Source of the DNA: Octopus bimaculoides
Taxonomy: Eukaryota
DNA length: 43,685 nucleotides
Direction: 5' to 3'
NCBI RefSeq assembly: GCF_001194135.2
Contig: NC_068999.1
Span: 3,898,095 to 3,941,779 of the forward strand
Shown: positions 13,623 through 26,000 of the stretch, piece after piece
How the letters are laid out: each line of letters starts with the position of its first letter
Position numbering within the stretch: the first letter of the stretch is position 1
Translations under genes and position numbers: made by a program
Notes under the pieces: model-generated
What the model was told of the DNA's origin: nothing
Seen by the model: the letters and a program-made list of their open reading frames with translations, nothing else
Database searches by the model: none

Positions 13623-16067
13623 CTCATTGTGTGTCTGACTATCTACCTTTCTTTTCCTCCCATTCTCTATCTCTCTTTTGCCGCCGTTTCCTTCTCTNNN
13701 NNNNNNNNNNNNNNNNNNNNNNNNNNNNNNNNNNNNNNNNNNNNNNNNNNNNNNNNNNNNNNNNNNNNNNNNNNNNNNNNNNNNNNNNNNNNNNNNNNNN
13801 NNNNNNNNNNNNNNNNNNNNNNNNNNNNNNNNNNNNNNNNNNNNNNNNNNNNNNNNNNNNNNNNNNNNNNNNNNNNNNNNNNNNNNNNNNNNNNNNNNNN
13901 NNNNNNNNNNNNNNNNNNNNNNNNNNNNNNNNNNNNNNNNNNNNNNNNNNNNNNNNNNNNNNNNNNNNNNNNNNNNNNNNNNNNNNNNNNNNNNNNNNNN
14001 NNNNNNNNNNNNNNNNNNNNNNNNNNNNNNNNNNNNNNNNNNNNNNNNNNNNNNNNNNNNNNNNNNNNNNNNNNNNNNNNNNNNNNNNNNNNNNNNNNNN
14101 NNNNNNNNNNNNNNNNNNNNNNNNNNNNNNNNNNNNNNNNNNNNNNNNNNNNNNNNNNNNNNNNNNNNNNNNNNNNNNNNNNNNNNNNNNNNNNNNNNNN
14201 NNNNNNNNNNNNNNNNNNNNNNNNNNNNNNNNNNNNNNNNNNNNNNNNNNNNNNNNNNNNNNNNNNNNNNNNNNNNNNNNNNNNNNNNNNNNNNNNNNNN
14301 NNNNNNNNNNNNNNNNNNNNNNNNNNNNNNNNNNNNNNNNNNNNNNNNNNNNNNNNNNNNNNNNNNNNNNNNNNNNNNNNNNNNNNNNNNNNNNNNNNNN
14401 NNNNNNNNNNNNNNNNNAAGAAGAAGAAGAAGAAGAAGAAGAAGAAGAAGAAGAAGAAGAAGAAGAAGAAGAAGAAGAAGAAGAAGAAGAAGAAGAAGAA
14501 GAAGAAGAAGAAGAAGAATCCTTTCTATTATAAGCACAAGGCCTGGAATTTCGAGGGAAGGGGCCAGTCGATCAGATCGACCTCCAGTACGCAACTGGTA
14601 CTTAATTTATCGACGCCGAAAGGGTGAAAAGCAAAGTCGACCGCGGCGGAATTTAAACTCAGAACGTAAAGACAAATGAAATGCTGCTCAGCATTTTGTC
14701 CGGCGTGCTAACGATTCTGCCGTCCTAAAATATCAGTACTCCGAGTGAGGTACATAATAATATATTGATAACTCTAATGTTGATAACTCTAATGTTGATA
14801 ATCATAATGTTTACAATTAATAAAGTTGATAATTATAATATATATATTGATCATTGCATTGCTGTCGACTAATAATGTTGATAATTACAATGTTGATAAT
14901 TATAATGTTGATAATTATATTGTTGCCATTTACCAATGCGTTTCTATAATTTAAACAGCTGACTGTAACAGAGCAGGAGATGGTTTAATCGAAGCTACTG
15001 CCACCCATAATGGTAAGGTAATTCCTGTGGAAGTGATTGAAAGACAACCAAGGGTGTACGCCATTACATTTACTCCAGACACACCCGGAAGTTACAAAAT
15101 TAGGATATTCTACGATGGGAAAGAGGCGAAATGTAAGATTTATACTTTTTTTATACAGATTTGTTTTATCATTTTTTATATTTTTGTTTCTATACCGCTA
15201 CAACAGTCGACGACCTCAACATGGCGTCACCAAATCATCATCGTGCCACTACAATACTACAACATTATTGAACTACCATATTAACATCACATCTTCAAAA
15301 ACAGTTTCAACCTCATGACTACCACATCATCATAACACGACCACGTTGTATAGGTATTGGCTGTGTTGTATGTGTTATATATGTAATAAATGATTATGAA
15401 TAAAAGAATTGTTCAAATTATGTTACGAACGTCTCCAGAGAATAATCATTTATTTGCTAAATAATGTATAACATTATATAATTGCATAACCAGACCATTT
15501 CATCAGACATCTTTCTATGTTGTTTCTTCTGTTGTAGGTTCTCCGTTTATTCACGTCATTGATGCCTTAATGATGCCGATAGCTTACGGAGATGGACTCG
15601 TTTATGCTTTCGAAGGAAAACCCTGTATTTTCTATGTTAACCCTTACGGACAAAGGGGAAACTTATCAGTTCAAATCAAAGGTTAGCCCTGAATTTTCAT
15701 TTACATTGAAACGGTTGACACATCGCATTTGAATGCCTTCTTCATATTTTTGTCGTTTATATGCTTGTTTTTGTTGTTAATCCTGCAGCTGAGGTGAACT
15801 ATTTTTATATCCCGAATAAGGGAAAACATTTTATTCCTAGGAATCCAAAGACACAGTTTTAGATTATGTAACAGCAATAATATTTCTTATTTTTTAATGA
15901 TTTAGACAGAAAGTACATGGTGTGGGAGTTTGATCTGACTAAAAGATTTCAGTCCAGACGACGTTTAAATTTATTACACAAATACAGGTCAAACTGTGAC
16001 TTCGAAGTTTCGCTGGTAACGACCCGTGAAACATCATATCTATATCTATCTATTTCTTTCTCCCCTT

Positions 16068-16100
<33 letters not shown>

Positions 16101-16971
16101 ATATATATATATATATGATGGTTATGAGATTTCAGACGGTTTCGGGTCTTTCGACATCAGATCCTCACACAGTTGACCCAGCTGCTGTTGATCAAGTCCC
16201 AGCAAGTACGTATGTACGTATGCATGTATGTATGTATGCATGTGTTTATACAAGTCTGTATGTATGTATGAGTATATACGTGAAATCATTAAAAATGTCG
16301 GCCCGTTTCTTCCTAAAAACTACGGAGAAGCTTTGTTCAATAAGATGACTCTACTTTGTTTATTATTCCAGGACAAAACTCGGAGCTTCACCCAACTATG
16401 ACCCTTGATCCAAACGGACACTATAAAGTCTGTTATAAACCAGTTGAGCTGGGAAGACATTCAATTCACGTGAAATGGAGCAATCAACCCTTGGAAGGTA
16501 ACAATTGATCAGCGATAAAATATTCGATAACAAGAGATATTATATGAAGAGTGGGATATATCAGTATTGGTGGATATCAAGTAGCACTGGATAACATATA
16601 GAGTCGGGTGATATATCTTTCCCTCTAATTCAGAGGTTTATTAGAATATCTGTGGTAGTCAAATCGACTTATAATAAAGGCGGGTTGAACCATGTCATTG
16701 GCACTGAGATATAATACTAGCAAATGTTCTAAATTTTACAGCAAGTTTCCATTGAACTCAAAATAGTTACCATGGTTACCTTAGAGGATAACAAAACACC
16801 CTCTCACTGTGCAGATATTGTTGAATCAGTATCTTTTAAATATGAATCCAGTTATATGTATTATTACGAAGGGTTCGGTTTTTACCCTGCTGACTCAGCT
16901 GTAATAGCTGTTATTATAAGAACAGATATTGAACATAGATGCAAATAGCTGCTATGAGAAATATGCATACA

Positions 16972-17017
<46 letters not shown>

Positions 17018-20000
17018 TATGGCCGAATGTTTAGGGTGTTGCACTCACGATCGAGAGATCGTGGTTTCAATTTCTAGATCGGCTGAGGCGTTGGAAAAAT
17101 ACCCCGGGGTGGAGAGTATTAGTCACTGCAACTTACTGTAAATACATTCCATTTTACTTACATTACTATTGTCCAACCATGACCATCCCATTTTTTGTAT
17201 ATCTATGACTCCATTGTCCAACGTGTCCTTCCTTTTTTTTTTAAGACGGTAGGGTGTGATTAGGAGGATATTTCACTACTATTTCTAGGAGGCCAAAAGA
17301 CCACATAGAGATTCCTTCGTTGTTGCTGTTCTCATTACAACTGTTACCATTGTTATTGATGTTGTTGCTGTTATTTTCAGGCAGTCCTTTCCACCCGGTA
17401 GTTGTAAACCCAGATAGAGTGCGAGTGTTACTAGGTTCCAATAATTTACTAAATGCTGCCGAACTCCAATCCAATGACAAAATCCGAGTCCCACTTGTGG
17501 TGAATGAACAGAAGCAGTTGGAGTTCCACACGAGAGATGCCGGACCAGGTAAGGAGTATACAGCCACTCCGAGTATTGCATTAATATTTATATATATATG
17601 AATTGTATAATGTCCAACATACATATTGATGCAAACATGTACATATAATTTCTTGCATACTGAAATTAATACTACGTGAAGAAGGTTGCGAAACGGCTGT
17701 AAACCTATGGATGTCACACGATTAAATAACCTATTTTCACCTCGTAACACACACACATACGCGCGCGTACGCATGTATATACATACAGGTGCGACACAAA
17801 CACAATGTGTGTATATGTATATATAAATCAATATAAATATATAAACTATTTCAGGTGAATTAACTGCAGAAGTGATAGGACCCTCAAAGAAAGTTCCCAT
17901 CATCATAGACTCTCCCAATTCGACCACCAAGATTATTAGTTTTACCCCAAGAGAAGAAGGTAGGTTAACTTTGGCTGGTATTTATATTTACGTATAGAAA
18001 ATAAATAGGGGAAAAATAGAAAAAAAAGGGTCACGTTTACTATAAATTATAATTCTATCTTCATGGTCAGATTATTGAAAATAAAGGGCGAAACAGAATG
18101 AAGAATAAAATTAAACGTTTAGAGATAATAAAGTGATAAAAGTGATGGAGACTAACCATTTCTGTTTCTTCGAAGGATCTAAATTATCCTCTGTCTTTCA
18201 CGACAAACTATTTGCTTTTCTGTTTATTTATTTCTGTATTTTGTATTTTGATTCTAATTGTATTTTGTCTGTTACAATATCTGTAGCCTTAGTTTGGTCT
18301 GTAGACTGTTGAAAATGACACATCCCTTTCGGCATGCATTGTCACATTGAGTGAAATAACGGTAGGATCTATCAAAGGGCGTATTTAAACGATCACCTGA
18401 GGAGGTGCATTTTATACTTCAGATGCATGATAATGATTACATAACATCTCATCAATGTACTATGAGTGTACGAAACAATTGTAGTGATTTTTATATAAAT
18501 GTCTATCATTTATGTATGGATGTATGTGTGTATGTATGTTTTATATCGTCAAGTTCAACAATAACATGAGAAATTTTCATTAAATATTTCAGGATCCCAT
18601 CAAATTGAAGTCTTCTGGTCTGGTTATCCGTTGCCCCGTTCACCGTACGAGGGTTATGCCACCCAGCAACAAGTACCTAATGTGAGACCAGACGTACCGC
18701 TCTTTCTCTCGGTTCCAAATGACAAACGGCCCATAACTCCAACTTCTAGCGTATCTTCAAGCGGGAAGCGAAGTCCGAGCTTCCCCAAAGTGATTCTGAA
18801 AGGATATGGATTGAAAGAAGCCAAAGTTGGTTATCCTGCCAGCTTCACGGTGGATGGCACCGATGCCGACTATGGTAAGTTCCTGTAAGACCCTTCTTTA
18901 CATGTATATTTAGCTTTGTTGTTGTAGAGTGATCAACTTATGCGCATTTATTCTCCAGCTCACCTTTTCCGTGGCAAGTCCCAATGACTTTGTCACACAA
19001 TGACCCAATGACCTTGTGGCACAATGACCCATTAACCTTGTGGCACAATAACCCAATGGCCCTTATGCCACAATAACTCAATGACCATGTGACACAATGA
19101 CCTTGCAACACAATGACTCGATGACCTTATGACACAAAGGCTCAATGTCCTTGTTACACAATGACCCATTGACCCTGAAACCTTGTGACCCAGTAACCCA
19201 ATGACCTCGTATCCCAATGTCCTAATGATCTAATGATACAATAAATCAGGAACCTCGCCATTCATTTATTCACCATGAACCAAGTGGAAGAATAAGATTT
19301 TTAAAGAAAATTATTAAACATTAATTAACATTATCTAATGAAATTATGTAACATTATTTAAGCATTTGAGTGCTATAGGATGGCTGGGTGGATCGGGTGG
19401 TGGACAATTAACCAAAAGTTTGGTGGTTAATCGAACAGAACAGATTTGTCTCTCATCTGTTTAATTCAAGAAAAATTAGAGATAATCCTCAGATTATGGG
19501 TGTTTTTATGATTGAAAAAACAATTGGCTGAGCAAGTAACTTAATAGAATTAAGTTCCTGCCAAATAAACAGAGATCTGGGTTCAAATTTTGAGGGAAGT
19601 ACTTGTCCTTAACACTTTTCCGTTGCATCACTTGAAAAGGGCATGAATGTCACATAATCCTAAATATTGTGTTTCTCTCTCAAATATCTGTTAAGATTTC
19701 ATTGGTTAATGAAATTTTGTTGAGGTTTAACTCCAGGTTAGCATCGATCGAGTATACTTGTAATGAAATATACTTCAACCATGACCATCCCCTCTGGTTC
19801 TCAGACAGAATTTATTCAGGTCCACATCATTTAATATGGTATATCATTCAGGTCCACATCATTTAATACGGTATATCATTTAAGATGGTAGAGTCAAGTG
19901 TAAATTTGAGAGGGATCTGACTGTTATTTCCAGCACATCGAGTAACCAGGGATTCCCTCAGGGGTCATTTTCAATAAGGTTGCTGTTTGTTATCCATTTA

Positions 20001-23000
20001 TTTATTCCTGTATTTCCAGGTGAACCCTACGCAAAACTCACTGGTTACAACCAACAGGATGCTGTTGAAGTCTTCACTCGACATCTTGGTCACAACGTAT
20101 ACATGTGCGAATACACCCCTGTAAAACCAGGAGCACATCTCCTCTCTATATTATGGAACGGTCGCAAACTGAAAGGATCACCTTATAAAGTAAACGTGCA
20201 TCCACCGGATTATCATCAAAAGATCTTGATGGTGGATGATTTTCCTAAAAGATTACAGAACCCCACAGTTGGGAGCCGGCTTAGTCTAAAGTTCAACCCA
20301 CAAGACAGTGGAATGGGTAAGCATCTTTTATTTTCTGTTCTTGTATATCAAATAATAATTGTTTCATTAAAATGTTCTGATGTAAACAGAAAGAATGAAG
20401 AATTGCCAGGAAACTGAATCTGTAAATTGATTATAGGAAATTTTGCTGTAAACGTTTTTGCTGTAGAAAAATTCACTGTAAGAAATCTTTTTTTTTAAAT
20501 GACCTCATCCCATTCTTTTAACATTTGACATTGAACAGTCATTGAGAAGGTTGCAAGAAGCAATGAAAGAGCTTTGTCAAATAAAATCAAAGCAATCAAA
20601 TATTTGATAAATGAATGGAAATGGGCCAGTGTGTGTGTCAATTATATTGGCATAATGACTCTCCTTAGACACAACAAAATTTGTTTCAACACACGAATTC
20701 ACATAAATAATCTTGCAAACCAAATACAAAAACGAAGTTGAATAATGATCTGTCTATTTAATGCTTTCATAAAACCTTTACCATTTTTTTTTTATTTAAA
20801 AAAAATTCTGATATAATACTCTTTATCAATGTCCATGTGGCAAATTTGTCTCACGGGGAATTTGTCTTTATGGTGGATTTTCCTATACAGCAAAATTTCT
20901 TATGATGAAGTTTCAAGACACACTGTGAATTAATTAGAATTCACAGTTGTAGTTATTTTACTTCACTTAACAACACTAGTACTCTTGGGGAAAGGCATAA
21001 ACATCACAACTTGTACAAATCTTATTGAGAACATAAATGAAGTGAAAAGAAATGAAGACATTTCAATCTGGAATCGAAACCATGTTATAAATTAGTGTAT
21101 CCAAGTTGTGCTATGATGTTAACCAACCATTTCTTAGAACACAAGATATTAAATTTAAAGTTTTGAGGAAAGGAGAACAAATTTCAATAATGTTTTTCTC
21201 AAGAATATCAGGAATATGTTTGGAATGAAATAGGAACATCTGAGGATGGAAACCAGCTCAGCTCGGTGGAGGCTTACCTTTATTCTAGAACACTCAACCA
21301 GTAAAGTGATGACGATGTAGCCTGAGAGTCTAACTACTCAGTGGTCACTCAATTGTCTTCAGACCTTTAAATGGGATTGTTTGGTTTATGGACACACTAT
21401 GATGGTCAGTCCATAAACTGACCATACAGTATGATCAGTTACCTGAATGACCATCCCAATGTGGGCAATCAGTTAAATGATTGCCAAAATATTATTTAAT
21501 TAGTTTTAAAAATATTTCCAGCTACTTGAATATTAATTTTGGTTTTTTAATAGATAATATTTTATATTTCAATTTTCCAGTCTGTTTGATACTTTGTTTT
21601 GATTGACACCTTACCTATCTACCCACCTGCCTACCTACCTACATACATGCTTATCTAAACATCCACCAACCAACCAATCAATACGCCTACCAACCTATTC
21701 CCCTACTTATCTACCTACCAGTGTACACACCTTGCTAGCTACTCACTTAGCTATCCACCTATCAATCAACATACCTGGCCACTTAACAAAATACCTACCC
21801 ACTAGTCTAACCAAATTTAATTCAATTTAACTAAATTAATTTGGTTAATTACTACAAGTGAGAATATCTTCAGGGAAAGATGTACAAAGAAATTTATCAT
21901 ATTTAAAACAAAATGAAAACATAAAAACAAGAATACAGGGTACCATTAAAGTTTAAAATATATACATTAATAAAAATACAGTTATGCAAAAAGAAAAAAA
22001 TATAGTTATTCATAAATTAATATAAATAATGATTCATATTTTTGCATGGGTATGTCTGCATTATCATTATTTATATTAATTTATGAATAACTATATTTTT
22101 TTTTAAACTGTATCGATTTTTATTAATGTATATATTTTCAACTTCAATGGTAGACTGTTTCTTCCTGTTTCTATGCTTTCGTTTTGTTTTAAATACAATA
22201 AATTTCTTTGTACATCTTTCCCTGAAGATATCCTCACTTGTAGTAATTAACCAAATTAATTTAGTTAAATTAAATTAAATTTGGTTGGTTTTATGCTGCA
22301 AGTAAGGAACTGAAACAATTGTAGGTCCGGTCTCGTCAATGTTAATAAACTTTTATAAATCTTATCTCCATCACTTTTTTTTTTTTGCATAATATTTATA
22401 ATATTATATATGTATGTGCCTATATTATTAGGTATTCAACCAGTCTAATCTTAGATAATTTTATCCCTCCAAGACTTATATCCTCACTTGTACCTTGATA
22501 TATACATATATATGTACATGTATGTGTGTGTACATGTACATACACACATGCCTACCTATATGATCATACACACATGCATACTTATATATACATACACACA
22601 TATTTCCATACATAAATACATATCAACTAACATACAACCAACTGACTCACCCATTACAAATATAATCTGTAGGTGGAACAGTAAAAATATGCAAAGTTTT
22701 TCTCAAGTTTAAAAGGTGACAGTCTTTGTTATCTACATTCCAATGATGATAGAGCTTTGTATCTTTGTCAGAAACTAACTCCTTCCTCAGAAGGAGAATT
22801 TAAATAATTAAAAAGTGAAGAGAACCATACATACCTTGGTGGGCCTCTATTAAATTTGGTTCATCCAGAACCAAATTTAAATGAGGTCCAATAAGGCTGA
22901 AACCCTGATATATCAAAAATAAAACCCATGTGGCCTCTGTAAGTGTTATTAGGATTATCCCAAAATAATTTGAATTATCAAGGTTAAAGATATAATATTT

Positions 23001-26000
23001 TATGTTAAAAATATAACAAAGTTCTTCACAGGTGTTTTTCTGTAATTAAGGCAAAGCAAATATTTGTTTTGTTGTTTTTTTGCCCTTCTTTTCCTGCTTG
23101 TTGTTTGGGTTCGAACGCACAACCTTCTCTTTACTAGAACAAGAAACAATCACTAAAATTTACGTAGTGAGACCAGAAGAAACAGCAAAACGGCAACCTT
23201 GGTTGGTGCGTGGGCTCAAACGGTTTTTTAAGAAACGGCGGCAACCTCATGTCCACCAAAGAGTACTGAAGAAATCAGTCGATAAACACAAATCTGGGTG
23301 TAAGTATAGGCTCTGAGGTGGACGATGACAGAATAATGATGACAACGATGCTGAGGACGATGATGATGATTATGATGATGATGTTGATGATGATCACAGA
23401 GACACATATATGTGTGTATATGTAGACTAGCCGCTCTCTTTCTTTGGCTTGAAACCCTAAGCTATTAGATCCTTGCCAAAGCTGAGTGCATAAAATGAAA
23501 GCCCTCTCTTCCTTCCTTAGAACTATTTAGTACAAGCTTTTGTGTAAGACTCCTTTAGTGCAGATTTTAAGCTCTAGAATATTCTGGAAGAAACCAGAAA
23601 ATGCCGCATACAGCAATCAAAGCTTGAATGTAGATGTAGAGCAATTGTAGTAAACTGAAAGCAACCAAATTGATGAAGCAATGTCAAAGCAACCAAACAG
23701 ACCAATCTTGAAGCAACCAAAGTGGCCCCTTATGAAGCAACCAAATGGAATGACCAAAAAACAAATTCAGTTATTTTTTTTTTGTTATTTTTATTGCTTT
23801 GTCATATTTCATTTTTAATTTCTTATTTCCTTTCCAAGGTATGTTCCGTTTTTGTTTCAAGATTTCCTTGGCTTTTTCTAAAATTGCCAAGTCTGTAGGA
23901 CATTGCTGTGCTTTCCATAGATTTCTTTTAGACATTTTGCTGCTTTGATCTTATAGTTGTTGTTGTTCTCGTTGTTACTGTCATTGTTTATGCTGTAGCT
24001 CTTGCTGTTGTTGTCGTGCTTTAACAGTCCCAAAAACTGTTTCCATTGTTGTTGTTGAAGATGATGATGATGGTGCTGATGATGACGACGATGTTCTTCT
24101 TTGATGCCCCTCCCTCCCCCCTCTCTCTCCTTCCTCCAATCTCTTCCAGGAATCTCCTTAACTAACGCCATGACACTACTCAACACTCAACCACACACAC
24201 TTTCAGCTTCTTGTTTGCCAATCCCCTCCCCCAAAGTTCGTATTCCTTAGAGGGAAAATAGCCGGTGTTCATGCCTTTCCCAATAACGGTGGAACTGTCC
24301 CAAATACAGATTGAAACCATGTCATGATCCTTGTTGTCTTGACTTAACCCCTCAATCTACAGACATTGGGCACCACTACCACCTCTACTACCATTCTGTT
24401 ATTACAGCCACCACCGCCACCATCACTATTACCACTACCTCCACCACCTACAACAGGAATCTTCTTTCCCCTTCTTATTCCCTAATCTCCCTCCACCCCC
24501 ACAACTATTGGCCCCTTTTTTCTTACATGTCGAATAAAACATACAAATGTTGTAAAGTTTAGTGTATGTGTAAGTGTGTGTGTGTGTGTATGCATATATT
24601 GTGCCCTTCATGCAACAACCTACACACAGATATATACATATGTAAACATATATATATATATATCAAACACCCATACATACACATATACAAATGCATACAT
24701 ATATACAAATATATGCATATATATATATATATATATATACACATGTGTACAGCTATATATATATAAATATATGTACATGTATATAGATACATCTATATAT
24801 ACACATGAGTACAGCTATATATATATGTGTGTGTACATATATATATAAATGCACATACATGTGTGTACATATAAATGAAGAAATATATCTATAACGTAAA
24901 ATCTGGTATTTCTAACAGGTATGTTGACAGCTGAGTGCTTAGGTCCCTCCGGCCTAGTCCCCTGTCATGTAAACAGGAATCCAGATGGAACCCAGAGCGT
25001 GAGAGTCACCCCAAGGGAACCAGGAAAACATTTACTTCAAATCAAATACGATGAGATCCACGTTATGGGTAAATATTTCACCGTTTCTCTTTATTTCTTT
25101 CATGTCACTCTTAACCATTTAAATACCAATGCAACAGAGATAAACCCAGGTTCTGTTATACAAACTTCCCATGATACATATGTCTATATATTTTCCTGGT
25201 TTAGCCCCCATTTAAGGATCATCCGTTCCCTAGCATGAAAAAACACATGGCTGGGAACCAGTACCACAGTGATCATGTGTGTTAATGTTGATGTAATATC
25301 TATTGTATAACTAAGAAGATGATGAAACAATTGTAAACGAATGGAATAAACATCTATCCACTCACCTCACTTCTCTTATGAGTTCTACTTATAGTGGCTG
25401 TGTGGTAAGTAGCTTGCTTACCAACCACATGGTTCTGGGTTCAGTCCCACTGCGTGGCATCTTGGGCAAGTGTCTTCTACTATAGCTTTGGGCTGACCAA
25501 AACCTTGTGAGTGGATTTGGTAGATGGAAACTGAAAGTAGCCCGTCGTATGTATGTATATATATGTGTGTGTGTGTGTGTGTCTGTGTTTGTCCTCCTAG
25601 CATTACCTGTCAACCGACGTTGGTGTGTTTATGTCACTTAGCAGTTCGGCATCATGCATGTACATGATGAGGTCTTTTATTGATTGATAAGGCACATAGC
25701 TACAGATCTATTGAGGACATTTAAATGACGTGTTGGGGCAGTCATGCCTTTCTTTTGTATAGAGAATTAACAACAAAAGTGAAATACTTCCAATCAATAA
25801 TTTATGCTGTTGTTGTTGTCGTCGTTGAATGTCTAATGTTGTTTTGGTGACAGGGAGTCCATATGAACTTGATGTGGGTGTGTCAAAGCACACAGGAAAG
25901 GTCGTGGTGAGCGGACCAGGATTACAAGATGGCATCCTTGACCATTATAACAGTAATTTTATGGTAAATACTCAGAATGCTGGACCCGGAGAACTGAAAG

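Noticed and set aside
1939-14679. Long ORFs in the track containing X runs (e.g. 6723-7817, 13443-14679)
   Set aside because: Artefacts of translating N gaps and flanking microsatellites.
18981-19245. Regularly spaced repeats resembling a CRISPR array
   Set aside because: No unique spacers, no cas genes, eukaryotic intron; it is a minisatellite.
20420-20930. Possible ~500-bp MITE with tacagcaaaatttc subterminal repeats and a transposase remnant
   Set aside because: Inverted similarity is limited to short degenerate motifs and no frame gave a recognisable transposase; too weak to call.
23771-23935. Minus-strand 54-aa [29 protein letters not shown]... as a nested gene
   Set aside because: Short, runs into A-rich low-complexity sequence, no partner exons or recognisable domain.
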